Translations under genes and position numbers: made by a program
From: Auanema rhodensis
Taxonomy: Eukaryota; Animalia; Nematoda
Direction of reading: 5' to 3'
NCBI GenBank assembly: GCA_964057225.1
Contig: OZ059900.1
Span: 8,122,001 to 8,186,000, forward strand
DNA length: 64,000 nucleotides
Notes under the pieces: model-generated
Seen by the model: the letters and a program-made list of their open reading frames with translations, nothing else
Told to the model about the DNA's origin: nothing
Database searches by the model: none
Part shown: piece after piece, positions 12,139-28,036 of the stretch
Position numbering within the stretch: the first letter of the stretch is position 1
Layout of the letters: every line of letters begins with the position of its first letter

Positions 12139-15100
12139 AAGGGCATTTTGGCAAAATCAGTCAAACTTTTGATCTTAAGCATATTTTTTTCTTCTAAAAC
12201 GACTAAATGTATGAAATACTGTCAAAGAATGTTCATATAGGTGTATTTTGCACGAATATCAAAACTGATTGAAATATGGGCCTTTTTATGCTTAAAACGC
12301 CATATATTCAACGATTTTGGGTACAAAACATGTGAAAACTGTATGTTTTGATCAGACCCTTTGAGATATGGATTTAAAATTCAGGATTCATAAAATTCGA
12401 CTATTTTTACATATATATGTCCAATTTTAACCACTTTGGTCAAAAAGGATCGAAAATATCAAGAATTATTGGTTTTTTGGGGTTTGAAGGGCATTTTGGC
12501 AAAATCAGTCAAACTTTTGATCTTAAGCATATTTTTTTCTTCTAAAACGACTAAATGTATGAAATACTGTCATAGAATGTTCATATAGGTGTATTTTGCA
12601 CGAATATCAAAACTGATTGAAATATGGGCCTTTTTATGCTCAAAACGCCATATATTCAACGATTTTGGGTACAAAACATGTGAAAACTGTATGTTTTGAT
12701 CAGACCCTTTGAGATATGGATTTGGAATTCATGATTCATAAACTTTGACTATTTTTACATATATATGTTCAATTTTAACCACTTTGGTCAAAAAGGACCG
12801 AAAATATCAAGAATTATTGGTTTTTTGGGGTTTGAAGGGCATTTTGGCTAAATCAGTCAAACTTTTGATCTTAAGCATATTTTTTTCTTCTAAAACGACT
12901 AAATGTATGAAATACTGTCATAGAATGTTCATATAGGTGTATTTTGCACGAATATCAAAACTGATTGAAATATGGGCCTTTTTATGCTCAAAACGCCATA
13001 TATTCAACGATTTTGGGTACAAAACATGTGAAAACTGTATGTTTTGATCAGACCCTTTGAGATATGGATTTGAAATTCAGGATTCATAAACTTTGACTAT
13101 TTTTACATATATATGTCCAATTTTAACCACTTTGGTCAAAAAGGACCGAAAATATCAAGAATTATTGGTTTTTTGGGGTTTGAAGGGCATTTTGGCTGAA
13201 TCAGTCAAACTTTTGATCTTAAGCATATTTTTTTCTTCTAAAACGACTAAATGTATGAAATACTGTCATAGAATGTTGATATAGGTGTATTTTGCACGAA
13301 TATCAAAACTGATTGAAATATGGGCCTTTTTATGCTCAAAACGCCATATATTCAACGATTTTGGGTTCAAAACATGTGAAAACTGTATGTTTTGATCAGA
13401 CCCTTTGAGATATGGATTTGAAATTCAGGATCCATAAACTTTGACTATTTTTACATATATATGTTCAATTTTAACCACTATGGTCAAAAAGGACCGAAAA
13501 TATCAAGAATTATTGGTTTTTTGGGGTTTGAAGGGCATTTTGGCAAAATCAGTCAAACTTTTGATCTTAAGCATATTTTTTTCTTCTAAAACGACTAAAT
13601 GTATGAAATACTGTCATAGAATGTTCATATAGGTGTATTTTGCACGAATATCAAAACTGATTGAAATATGGGCCTTTTTATGCTCAAAACGCCATATATT
13701 CAACGATTATGGGTACAAAACATGTGAAAACTGTATGTTTTGATCAGACCCTTTGAGATATGGATTTGAAATTCAGGATTCATAAACTTCGACTATTTCT
13801 ACATATATATGTCCAATTTTAACCACTTTGGTCAAAAAGGACCGAAAATATCAAGAATTATTGGTTTTTTGGGGTTTGAAGGGCATTTTGGCAAAATCAG
13901 TCAAACTTTTGATCTTAAGCATATTTTTTTCTTCTAAAACGACTAAATGTATGAAATACTGTCATAGAATGTTGATATAGGTGTATTTTGCACGAATATC
14001 AAAACTGATTGAAATATGGGCCTTTTTATGCTCAAAACGCCATATATTCAACGATTTTGGGTACAAAACATGTGAAAACTGTATGTTTTGATCAGACCCT
14101 TTGAGATATGGATTTGGAATTGAGGATTCATAAACTTTGACTATTTTTACATATATATGTTCAATTTTAACCACTTTGGTCAAAAAGGACCGAAAATATC
14201 AAGAATTATTGGTTTTTTGGGGTTTGAAGGGCATTTTGGCAAAATCAGTCAAACTTTTGATCTTAAGCATATTTTTTTCTTCTAAAACGACTAAATGTAT
14301 GAAATACTGTCATAGAATGTTCATATAGGTGTATTTTGCACGAATATCAAAACTGATTGAAATATGGGCCTTTTTATGCTCAAAACGCCATATATTCAAC
14401 GATTTTGGGTACAAAACATGTGAAAACTGTATGTTTTGATCAGACCCTTTGAGATATGGATTTGAAATTCAGGATTCATAAACTTCGACTATTTCTACAT
14501 ATATATGTCCAATTTTAACCACTTTGGTCAAAAAGGACCGAAAATATCAAGAATTATTGGTTTTTTGGGGTTTGAAGGGCATTTTGGCAAAATCAGTCAA
14601 ACTTTTGATCTTAAGCATATTTTTTTCTTCTAAAACGACTAAATGTATGAAATACTGTCAAAGAATGTTCATATAGGTGTATTTTGCACGAATATCAAAA
14701 CTGATTGAAATATGGGCCTTTTTATGCTCAAAACGCCATATATTCAACGATTTTGGGTACAAAACATGTGAAAACTGTATGTTTTGATCAGACCCTTTGT
14801 GATATGGATTTGAAATTCAGGATTCATAAACTTTGACTATTTTTACATATATATGTTCAATTGTAACCACTTTGGTCAAAAAGGACCGAAAATATCAAGA
14901 ATTATTGGTTTTTTGGGGTTTGAAGGGCATTTTGGCTAAATCAGTCAAACTTTTGATCTTAAGCATATTTTTTTCTTCTAAAACGACTAAATGTATGAAA
15001 TACTGTCATAGAATGTTGATATAGGTGTATTTTGCACGAATATCAAAACTGATTGAAATATGGGCCTTTTTATGCTCAAAACGCCATATATTCAACGATT

Positions 15101-18100
15101 TTGGGTACAAAACATGTGAAAACTGTATGTTTTGATCAGACCCTTTGAGATATGGATTTGGAATTCAGGATTCATAAACTTTGACTATTTTTACATATAT
15201 ATGTTCATTTTTAACCACTTTGGTCAAAAAGGACCGAAAATATCAAGAATTATTGGTTTTTTGGGGTTTGAAGGGCATTTTGGCAAAATCAGTCAAACTT
15301 TTGATCTTAAGCATATTTTTTTCTTCTAAAACGACTAAATGTATGAAATACTGTCATAGATTGTTCATACAGGTGTATTTTGCACGAATATCAAAACTGA
15401 TTGAAATATGGGCCTTTTTATGCTCCAAACGCCATATATTCAACGATTTTGGGTACAAAACATGTGAAAACTGTATGTTTTGATCAGACCCTTTGAGATA
15501 TGGATTTGAAATTCAGGAATCATAAACTTTGACTATTATTACATATATATGTCCAATTTTAACCACTTTGGTCAAAAAGGACCGAAAATATCAAGAATTA
15601 TTGGTTTTTTGGGGTTTGAAGGGCATTTTGGCTAAATCAGTCAAACTTTTGATCTTAAGCATATTTTTTTCTTCTAAAACGACTAAATGTATGAAATACT
15701 GTCATAGAATGTTCATATAGGTGTATTTTGCACGAATATCAAAACTGATTGAAATATGGGCCTTTTTATGCTCAAAACGCCATATATTCAACGATTTTGG
15801 GTACAAAACATGTGGAAACTGTATGTTTTGATCAGACCCTTTGAGATATGGATTTGAAATTCAGGATTCATAAACTTTGACTATTTTTACATATATATGT
15901 CCAATTTTAACCACTTTGGTCAAAAAGGACCGAAAATATCAAGAATTATTGGTTTTTTGGGGTTTGAAGGACATTTTGGCTAAATCAGTCAAACTTTTGA
16001 TCTTAAGCATATTTTTTTCTTCTAAAACGACTAAACGTATGAAATACTGTCATAGAATGTTCATATAGGTGTATTTTGCACGAATATCAAAACTGATTGA
16101 AATATGGGCCTTTTTATGTTCAAAACGCCATATATTCAACGATTTTGGGTACAAAACATGTGAAAACTGTATGTTTTGATCAGACCCTTTGAGATATGGA
16201 TTTGAAATTCAGGATTCATAAACTTTGACTATTTTTACATATATATGTCCAATTTTAACCACTTTGGTCAAAAAGGACCGAAAATATCAAGAATTATTGG
16301 TTTTTTGGGGTTTGAAGGGCATTTTGGCTAAATCAGTCAAACTTTTGATCTTAAGCATATTTTTTTCTTCTAAAACGACTAAATGTATGAAATACTGTCA
16401 TAGAATGTTCATATAGGTGTATTTTGCACGAATATCAAAACTGATTGAAATATGGGCCTTTTTATGTTCAAAACGCCATATATTCAACGATTTTGGGTAC
16501 AAAACATGTGAAAACTGCATGTTTTGATCAGACCCTTTGAGATATGGATTTGAAATTCAGGATTCATAAACTTTGACTATTTTCACATATATATGTCCAA
16601 TTTTAACCACTTTGGTCAAAAAGGACCGAAAATATCAAGAATTATTGGTTTTTTGGGGTTTGAAGGGCATTTTGACAAAATCAGTCAAACTTTTGATCTT
16701 AAGCATATTTTTTTCTTCTAAAACGACTAAATGTATGAAATACTGTCATAGAATGTTCATATAGGTGTATTTTGCACGAATATCAAAACTGATTGAAATA
16801 TGGGCCTTTTTATGCTCAAAACGCCATATATTCAACGATTTTGGGTACAAAACATGTGAAAACTGTATGTTTTGATCAGACCCTTTGAGATATGGATTTG
16901 AAATTCAGGATTTATAAACTTCGACTATTTCTACATATATATGTCCAATTTTAACCACTTTGGTCAAAAAGGACCGAAAATATCAAGAATTATTGGTTTT
17001 TTGGGGTTTGAAGGGCATTTTGGCAAAATCAGTCAAACTTTTGATCTTAAGCATATTTTTTTCTTCTAAAACGACTAAATGTATGAAATACTGTCAAAGA
17101 ATGTTCATATAGGTGTATTTTGCACGAATATCAAAACTGATTGAAATATGGGCCTTTTTATGCTTAAAACGCCATATATTCAACGATTTTGGGTACAAAA
17201 CATGTGAAAACTGTATGTTTTGATCAGACCCTTTGAGATATGGATTTAAAATTCAGGATTCATAAAATTCGACTATTTTTACATATATATGTTCAATTTT
17301 AACCACTTTGGTCAAAAAGGACCGAAAATATCAAGAATTATTGGTTTTTTGGGGTTTGAAGGGCATTTTGGCAAAATCAGTCAAACTTTTGATCTTAAGC
17401 ATATTTTTTTCTTCTAAAACGACTAAATGTATGAAATACTGTCATAGAATGTTCATATAGGTGTATTTTGCACGAATATCAAAACTGATTGAAATATGGG
17501 CCTTTTTATGCCCAAAACGCCATATATTCAACGATTTTGGGTACAAAACATGTGAAAACTGTATGTTTTGATCAGACCCTTTGAGATATGGATTTGAAAT
17601 TCAGGATTCATAAACTTTGACTATTTTTACATATATATGTTCAATTTTAACCACTTTGGTCAAGAAGGACCGAAAATATCAAGAATTATTGGTTTTTTGG
17701 GGTTTGAAGGGCATTTTGGCAAAATCAGTCAAACTTTTGATCTTAAGCATATTTTTTTCTTCTAAAACGACTAAATGTATGAAATACAGTCATAGAATGT
17801 TCATATAGGTGTATTTTGCACGAATATCAAAACTGATTGAAATATGGGCCTTTTTATGTTCAAAACGCCATATATTCAACGATTTTGGGTACAAAACATG
17901 TGAAAACTGTATGTTTTGATCAGACCCTTTGAGATATGGATTTGAAATTCAGGATTCATAAACTTCGACTATTTCTACATATATATGTCCAATTTTAACC
18001 ACTTTGGTCAAAAAGGACCGAAAATATCAAGAATTATTGGTTTTTTGGGGTTTGAAGGGCATTTTGGCAAAATCAGTCAAACTTTTGATCTTAAGCATAT

Positions 18101-20032
18101 TTTTTTCTTCTAAAACGACTAAATGTATGAAATACTGTCAAAGAATGTTCATATAGGTGTATTTTGCACGAATATCAAAACTGATTGAAATATGGGCCTT
18201 TTTATGCTCAAAACGCCATATATTCAACGATTTTGGGTACAAAACATGTGAAAACTGTATGTTTTGATCAGACCCTTTGAGATATGGATTTGAAATTCTG
18301 GATTCATAAACTTTGACTATTTTTACATATATATGTTCAATTGTAACCACTTTGGTCAAAAAGGACCGAAAATATCAAGAATTATTGGTTTTTTGGGGTT
18401 TGAAGGGCATTTTGGCTAAATCAGTCAAACTTTTGATCTTAAGCATATTTTTTTCTTCTAAAACGACTAAATGTATGAAATACTGTCATAGAATGTTGAT
18501 ATAGGTGTATTTTGCACGAATATCAAAACTGATTGAAATATGGGCCTTTTTATGCTCAAAACGCCATATATTCAACGATTTTAGGTACAAAACATGTGAA
18601 AACTGTATGTTTTGATCAGACCCTTTGAGATGTGGATTTGGAATTCAGGATTCATGAACTTTGACTATTTTTACATATATATGTTCAATTTTAACCACTT
18701 TGGTCAAAAAGGACCGAAAATATCAAGAATTATTGGTTTTTTGGGGTTTGAAGGGCATTTTGGCAAAATCAGTCAAACTTTTGATCTTAAGCATATTTTT
18801 TTCTTCTAAAACGACTAAATGTATGAAATACTGTCATAGATTGTTCATATAGGTGTATTTTGCACGAATATCAAAACTGATTGAAATATGGGCCTTTTTA
18901 TGCTCCAAACGCCATATATTCAACGATTTTGGGTACAAAACATGAGAAAACTGTATGTTTTGATCAGACCCTTTGAGATATGGATTTGAAATTCAGGATT
19001 CATAAACTTTGACTATTTTTACATATATATGTCCAATTTTAACCACTTTGGTCAAAAAGGACCGAAAATATCAAGAATTATTGGTTTTTTGGGGTTTGAA
19101 GGACATTTTGGCTAAATCAGTCAAACTTTTGATCTTAAGCATATTTTTTTCTTCTAAAACGACTAAATGTATGAAATACTGTCATAGAATGTTCATATAG
19201 GTGTATTTTGCACGAATATCAAAACTGATTGAAATATGGGCCTTTTTATGTTCAAAACGCCATATATTCAACGATTTTGGGTACAAAACATGTGAAAACT
19301 GTATGTTTTGATCAGACCCTTTGAGATATGGATTTGAAATTCAGGATTCATAAACTTTGACTATTTTTACATATATATGTCCAATTTTAACCACTTTGGT
19401 CAAAAAGGACCGAAAATATCAAGAATTATAGGTTTTTTGGGGTTTGAAGGACATTTTGGCTAAATCAGTCAAACTTTTGATCTTAAGCATATTTTTTTCT
19501 TCTAAAACGACTAAATGTATGAAATACTGTCATAGAATGTTCATATAGGTGTATTTTGCACGAATATCAAAATTGATTGAAATATGGGCCTTTTTATGTT
19601 CAAAACGCCATATATTCAACGATTTTGGGTACAAAACATGTGAAAACTGTATGTTTTGATCAGACCCTTTGAGATATGGATTTGGAATTCAGGATTCATA
19701 AACTTTGACTATTTTTACATATATATGTCCAATTTTAACCACTTTGGTCAAAAAGGACCGAAAATATCAAGAATTATTGGTTTTTTGGGGATTGAAGGGC
19801 ATTTTGGCAAAATCAGTCAAACTTTTGATCTTAAGCATATTTTTTTCTTCTAAAACGACTAAATGTATGAAATACTGTCATAGAATGTTCATGTAGGTGT
19901 ATTTTGCACGAATATCAAAACTGATTGAAATATGGGCCTTTTTATGCTCAAAACGCCATATATTCAACGATTTTGGGTACAAAACATGTGAAAACTGTAT
20001 GTTTTGATCAGACCCTTTGAGATATGGATTTG
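12139..20032. repeat. 23-monomer higher-order unit, copy 1
   Basis: Rare variants (catgattc, gggttc, gatcca, actatgg, gattatgg, tttgtgat, atacagg, ggaatc, aaacgta, tttgaca, gcccaaa, ttctgg, ttagg, gatgtgg, catgag, tatagg, aaattga) all recur 8004 bp downstream in the same order. Confidence 0.95.
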
Positions 20033-20142
20033 GAATTGAGGATTCATAAACTTTGACTATTTTTACATATATATGTTCAATTTTAACCACTTTGGTCAAA
20101 AAGGACCGAAAATATCAAGAATTATTGGTTTTTTGGGGTTTG

Positions 20143-23100
20143 AAGGGCATTTTGGCAAAATCAGTCAAACTTTTGATCTTAAGCATATTTTTTTCTTCTA
20201 AAACGACTAAATGTATGAAATACTGTCAAAGAATGTTCATATAGGTGTATTTTGCACGAATATCAAAACTGATTGAAATATGGGCCTTTTTATGCTTAAA
20301 ACGCCATATATTCAACGATTTTGGGTACAAAACATGTGAAAACTGTATGTTTTGATCAGACCCTTTGAGATATGGATTTAAAATTCAGGATTCATAAAAT
20401 TCGACTATTTTTACATATATATGTCCAATTTTAACCACTTTGGTCAAAAAGGATCGAAAATATCAAGAATTATTGGTTTTTTGGGGTTTGAAGGGCATTT
20501 TGGCAAAATCAGTCAAACTTTTGATCTTAAGCATATTTTTTTCTTCTAAAACGACTAAATGTATGAAATACTGTCATAGAATGTTCATATAGGTGTATTT
20601 TGCACGAATATCAAAACTGATTGAAATATGGGCCTTTTTATGCTCAAAACGCCATATATTCAACGATTTTGGGTACAAAACATGTGAAAACTGTATGTTT
20701 TGATCAGACCCTTTGAGATATGGATTTGGAATTCATGATTCATAAACTTTGACTATTTTTACATATATATGTTCAATTTTAACCACTTTGGTCAAAAAGG
20801 ACCGAAAATATCAAGAATTATTGGTTTTTTGGGGTTTGAAGGGCATTTTGGCTAAATCAGTCAAACTTTTGATCTTAAGCATATTTTTTTCTTCTAAAAC
20901 GACTAAATGTATGAAATACTGTCATAGAATGTTCATATAGGTGTATTTTGCACGAATATCAAAACTGATTGAAATATGGGCCTTTTTATGCTCAAAACGC
21001 CATATATTCAACGATTTTGGGTACAAAACATGTGAAAACTGTATGTTTTGATCAGACCCTTTGAGATATGGATTTGAAATTCAGGATTCATAAACTTTGA
21101 CTATTTTTACATATATATGTCCAATTTTAACCACTTTGGTCAAAAAGGACCGAAAATATCAAGAATTATTGGTTTTTTGGGGTTTGAAGGGCATTTTGGC
21201 TGAATCAGTCAAACTTTTGATCTTAAGCATATTTTTTTCTTCTAAAACGACTAAATGTATGAAATACTGTCATAGAATGTTGATATAGGTGTATTTTGCA
21301 CGAATATCAAAACTGATTGAAATATGGGCCTTTTTATGCTCAAAACGCCATATATTCAACGATTTTGGGTTCAAAACATGTGAAAACTGTATGTTTTGAT
21401 CAGACCCTTTGAGATATGGATTTGAAATTCAGGATCCATAAACTTTGACTATTTTTACATATATATGTTCAATTTTAACCACTATGGTCAAAAAGGACCG
21501 AAAATATCAAGAATTATTGGTTTTTTGGGGTTTGAAGGGCATTTTGGCAAAATCAGTCAAACTTTTGATCTTAAGCATATTTTTTTCTTCTAAAACGACT
21601 AAATGTATGAAATACTGTCATAGAATGTTCATATAGGTGTATTTTGCACGAATATCAAAACTGATTGAAATATGGGCCTTTTTATGCTCAAAACGCCATA
21701 TATTCAACGATTATGGGTACAAAACATGTGAAAACTGTATGTTTTGATCAGACCCTTTGAGATATGGATTTGAAATTCAGGATTCATAAACTTCGACTAT
21801 TTCTACATATATATGTCCAATTTTAACCACTTTGGTCAAAAAGGACCGAAAATATCAAGAATTATTGGTTTTTTGGGGTTTGAAGGGCATTTTGGCAAAA
21901 TCAGTCAAACTTTTGATCTTAAGCATATTTTTTTCTTCTAAAACGACTAAATGTATGAAATACTGTCATAGAATGTTGATATAGGTGTATTTTGCACGAA
22001 TATCAAAACTGATTGAAATATGGGCCTTTTTATGCTCAAAACGCCATATATTCAACGATTTTGGGTACAAAACATGTGAAAACTGTATGTTTTGATCAGA
22101 CCCTTTGAGATATGGATTTGGAATTGAGGATTCATAAACTTTGACTATTTTTACATATATATGTTCAATTTTAACCACTTTGGTCAAAAAGGACCGAAAA
22201 TATCAAGAATTATTGGTTTTTTGGGGTTTGAAGGGCATTTTGGCAAAATCAGTCAAACTTTTGATCTTAAGCATATTTTTTTCTTCTAAAACGACTAAAT
22301 GTATGAAATACTGTCATAGAATGTTCATATAGGTGTATTTTGCACGAATATCAAAACTGATTGAAATATGGGCCTTTTTATGCTCAAAACGCCATATATT
22401 CAACGATTTTGGGTACAAAACATGTGAAAACTGTATGTTTTGATCAGACCCTTTGAGATATGGATTTGAAATTCAGGATTCATAAACTTCGACTATTTCT
22501 ACATATATATGTCCAATTTTAACCACTTTGGTCAAAAAGGACCGAAAATATCAAGAATTATTGGTTTTTTGGGGTTTGAAGGGCATTTTGGCAAAATCAG
22601 TCAAACTTTTGATCTTAAGCATATTTTTTTCTTCTAAAACGACTAAATGTATGAAATACTGTCAAAGAATGTTCATATAGGTGTATTTTGCACGAATATC
22701 AAAACTGATTGAAATATGGGCCTTTTTATGCTCAAAACGCCATATATTCAACGATTTTGGGTACAAAACATGTGAAAACTGTATGTTTTGATCAGACCCT
22801 TTGTGATATGGATTTGAAATTCAGGATTCATAAACTTTGACTATTTTTACATATATATGTTCAATTGTAACCACTTTGGTCAAAAAGGACCGAAAATATC
22901 AAGAATTATTGGTTTTTTGGGGTTTGAAGGGCATTTTGGCTAAATCAGTCAAACTTTTGATCTTAAGCATATTTTTTTCTTCTAAAACGACTAAATGTAT
23001 GAAATACTGTCATAGAATGTTGATATAGGTGTATTTTGCACGAATATCAAAACTGATTGAAATATGGGCCTTTTTATGCTCAAAACGCCATATATTCAAC

Positions 23101-26100
23101 GATTTTGGGTACAAAACATGTGAAAACTGTATGTTTTGATCAGACCCTTTGAGATATGGATTTGGAATTCAGGATTCATAAACTTTGACTATTTTTACAT
23201 ATATATGTTCATTTTTAACCACTTTGGTCAAAAAGGACCGAAAATATCAAGAATTATTGGTTTTTTGGGGTTTGAAGGGCATTTTGGCAAAATCAGTCAA
23301 ACTTTTGATCTTAAGCATATTTTTTTCTTCTAAAACGACTAAATGTATGAAATACTGTCATAGATTGTTCATACAGGTGTATTTTGCACGAATATCAAAA
23401 CTGATTGAAATATGGGCCTTTTTATGCTCCAAACGCCATATATTCAACGATTTTGGGTACAAAACATGTGAAAACTGTATGTTTTGATCAGACCCTTTGA
23501 GATATGGATTTGAAATTCAGGAATCATAAACTTTGACTATTATTACATATATATGTCCAATTTTAACCACTTTGGTCAAAAAGGACCGAAAATATCAAGA
23601 ATTATTGGTTTTTTGGGGTTTGAAGGGCATTTTGGCTAAATCAGTCAAACTTTTGATCTTAAGCATATTTTTTTCTTCTAAAACGACTAAATGTATGAAA
23701 TACTGTCATAGAATGTTCATATAGGTGTATTTTGCACGAATATCAAAACTGATTGAAATATGGGCCTTTTTATGCTCAAAACGCCATATATTCAACGATT
23801 TTGGGTACAAAACATGTGGAAACTGTATGTTTTGATCAGACCCTTTGAGATATGGATTTGAAATTCAGGATTCATAAACTTTGACTATTTTTACATATAT
23901 ATGTCCAATTTTAACCACTTTGGTCAAAAAGGACCGAAAATATCAAGAATTATTGGTTTTTTGGGGTTTGAAGGACATTTTGGCTAAATCAGTCAAACTT
24001 TTGATCTTAAGCATATTTTTTTCTTCTAAAACGACTAAACGTATGAAATACTGTCATAGAATGTTCATATAGGTGTATTTTGCACGAATATCAAAACTGA
24101 TTGAAATATGGGCCTTTTTATGTTCAAAACGCCATATATTCAACGATTTTGGGTACAAAACATGTGAAAACTGTATGTTTTGATCAGACCCTTTGAGATA
24201 TGGATTTGAAATTCAGGATTCATAAACTTTGACTATTTTTACATATATATGTCCAATTTTAACCACTTTGGTCAAAAAGGACCGAAAATATCAAGAATTA
24301 TTGGTTTTTTGGGGTTTGAAGGGCATTTTGGCTAAATCAGTCAAACTTTTGATCTTAAGCATATTTTTTTCTTCTAAAACGACTAAATGTATGAAATACT
24401 GTCATAGAATGTTCATATAGGTGTATTTTGCACGAATATCAAAACTGATTGAAATATGGGCCTTTTTATGTTCAAAACGCCATATATTCAACGATTTTGG
24501 GTACAAAACATGTGAAAACTGCATGTTTTGATCAGACCCTTTGAGATATGGATTTGAAATTCAGGATTCATAAACTTTGACTATTTTCACATATATATGT
24601 CCAATTTTAACCACTTTGGTCAAAAAGGACCGAAAATATCAAGAATTATTGGTTTTTTGGGGTTTGAAGGGCATTTTGACAAAATCAGTCAAACTTTTGA
24701 TCTTAAGCATATTTTTTTCTTCTAAAACGACTAAATGTATGAAATACTGTCATAGAATGTTCATATAGGTGTATTTTGCACGAATATCAAAACTGATTGA
24801 AATATGGGCCTTTTTATGCTCAAAACGCCATATATTCAACGATTTTGGGTACAAAACATGTGAAAACTGTATGTTTTGATCAGACCCTTTGAGATATGGA
24901 TTTGAAATTCAGGATTTATAAACTTCGACTATTTCTACATATATATGTCCAATTTTAACCACTTTGGTCAAAAAGGACCGAAAATATCAAGAATTATTGG
25001 TTTTTTGGGGTTTGAAGGGCATTTTGGCAAAATCAGTCAAACTTTTGATCTTAAGCATATTTTTTTCTTCTAAAACGACTAAATGTATGAAATACTGTCA
25101 AAGAATGTTCATATAGGTGTATTTTGCACGAATATCAAAACTGATTGAAATATGGGCCTTTTTATGCTTAAAACGCCATATATTCAACGATTTTGGGTAC
25201 AAAACATGTGAAAACTGTATGTTTTGATCAGACCCTTTGAGATATGGATTTAAAATTCAGGATTCATAAAATTCGACTATTTTTACATATATATGTTCAA
25301 TTTTAACCACTTTGGTCAAAAAGGACCGAAAATATCAAGAATTATTGGTTTTTTGGGGTTTGAAGGGCATTTTGGCAAAATCAGTCAAACTTTTGATCTT
25401 AAGCATATTTTTTTCTTCTAAAACGACTAAATGTATGAAATACTGTCATAGAATGTTCATATAGGTGTATTTTGCACGAATATCAAAACTGATTGAAATA
25501 TGGGCCTTTTTATGCCCAAAACGCCATATATTCAACGATTTTGGGTACAAAACATGTGAAAACTGTATGTTTTGATCAGACCCTTTGAGATATGGATTTG
25601 AAATTCAGGATTCATAAACTTTGACTATTTTTACATATATATGTTCAATTTTAACCACTTTGGTCAAGAAGGACCGAAAATATCAAGAATTATTGGTTTT
25701 TTGGGGTTTGAAGGGCATTTTGGCAAAATCAGTCAAACTTTTGATCTTAAGCATATTTTTTTCTTCTAAAACGACTAAATGTATGAAATACTGTCATAGA
25801 ATGTTCATATAGGTGTATTTTGCACGAATATCAAAACTGATTGAAATATGGGCCTTTTTATGTTCAAAACGCCATATATTCAACGATTTTGGGTACAAAA
25901 CATGTGAAAACTGTATGTTTTGATCAGACCCTTTGAGATATGGATTTGAAATTCAGGATTCATAAACTTCGACTATTTCTACATATATATGTCCAATTTT
26001 AACCACTTTGGTCAAAAAGGACCGAAAATATCAAGAATTATTGGTTTTTTGGGGTTTGAAGGGCATTTTGGCAAAATCAGTCAAACTTTTGATCTTAAGC

Positions 26101-28036
26101 ATATTTTTTTCTTCTAAAACGACTAAATGTATGAAATACTGTCAAAGAATGTTCATATAGGTGTATTTTGCACGAATATCAAAACTGATTGAAATATGGG
26201 CCTTTTTATGCTCAAAACGCCATATATTCAACGATTTTGGGTACAAAACATGTGAAAACTGTATGTTTTGATCAGACCCTTTGAGATATGGATTTGAAAT
26301 TCTGGATTCATAAACTTTGACTATTTTTACATATATATGTTCAATTGTAACCACTTTGGTCAAAAAGGACCGAAAATATCAAGAATTATTGGTTTTTTGG
26401 GGTTTGAAGGGCATTTTGGCTAAATCAGTCAAACTTTTGATCTTAAGCATATTTTTTTCTTCTAAAACGACTAAATGTATGAAATACTGTCATAGAATGT
26501 TGATATAGGTGTATTTTGCACGAATATCAAAACTGATTGAAATATGGGCCTTTTTATGCTCAAAACGCCATATATTCAACGATTTTAGGTACAAAACATG
26601 TGAAAACTGTATGTTTTGATCAGACCCTTTGAGATGTGGATTTGGAATTCAGGATTCATGAACTTTGACTATTTTTACATATATATGTTCAATTTTAACC
26701 ACTTTGGTCAAAAAGGACCGAAAATATCAAGAATTATTGGTTTTTTGGGGTTTGAAGGGCATTTTGGCAAAATCAGTCAAACTTTTGATCTTAAGCATAT
26801 TTTTTTCTTCTAAAACGACTAAATGTATGAAATACTGTCATAGATTGTTCATATAGGTGTATTTTGCACGAATATCAAAACTGATTGAAATATGGGCCTT
26901 TTTATGCTCCAAACGCCATATATTCAACGATTTTGGGTACAAAACATGAGAAAACTGTATGTTTTGATCAGACCCTTTGAGATATGGATTTGAAATTCAG
27001 GATTCATAAACTTTGACTATTTTTACATATATATGTCCAATTTTAACCACTTTGGTCAAAAAGGACCGAAAATATCAAGAATTATTGGTTTTTTGGGGTT
27101 TGAAGGACATTTTGGCTAAATCAGTCAAACTTTTGATCTTAAGCATATTTTTTTCTTCTAAAACGACTAAATGTATGAAATACTGTCATAGAATGTTCAT
27201 ATAGGTGTATTTTGCACGAATATCAAAACTGATTGAAATATGGGCCTTTTTATGTTCAAAACGCCATATATTCAACGATTTTGGGTACAAAACATGTGAA
27301 AACTGTATGTTTTGATCAGACCCTTTGAGATATGGATTTGAAATTCAGGATTCATAAACTTTGACTATTTTTACATATATATGTCCAATTTTAACCACTT
27401 TGGTCAAAAAGGACCGAAAATATCAAGAATTATAGGTTTTTTGGGGTTTGAAGGACATTTTGGCTAAATCAGTCAAACTTTTGATCTTAAGCATATTTTT
27501 TTCTTCTAAAACGACTAAATGTATGAAATACTGTCATAGAATGTTCATATAGGTGTATTTTGCACGAATATCAAAATTGATTGAAATATGGGCCTTTTTA
27601 TGTTCAAAACGCCATATATTCAACGATTTTGGGTACAAAACATGTGAAAACTGTATGTTTTGATCAGACCCTTTGAGATATGGATTTGGAATTCAGGATT
27701 CATAAACTTTGACTATTTTTACATATATATGTCCAATTTTAACCACTTTGGTCAAAAAGGACCGAAAATATCAAGAATTATTGGTTTTTTGGGGATTGAA
27801 GGGCATTTTGGCAAAATCAGTCAAACTTTTGATCTTAAGCATATTTTTTTCTTCTAAAACGACTAAATGTATGAAATACTGTCATAGAATGTTCATGTAG
27901 GTGTATTTTGCACGAATATCAAAACTGATTGAAATATGGGCCTTTTTATGCTCAAAACGCCATATATTCAACGATTTTGGGTACAAAACATGTGAAAACT
28001 GTATGTTTTGATCAGACCCTTTGAGATATGGATTTG
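20143..28036. repeat. 23-monomer higher-order unit, copy 2 (offset 8004 bp)
   Basis: ORF starts 12745->20749, 15181->23185, 19705->27709. The only difference I spotted is 17788 A versus 25792 T. Confidence 0.95.
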
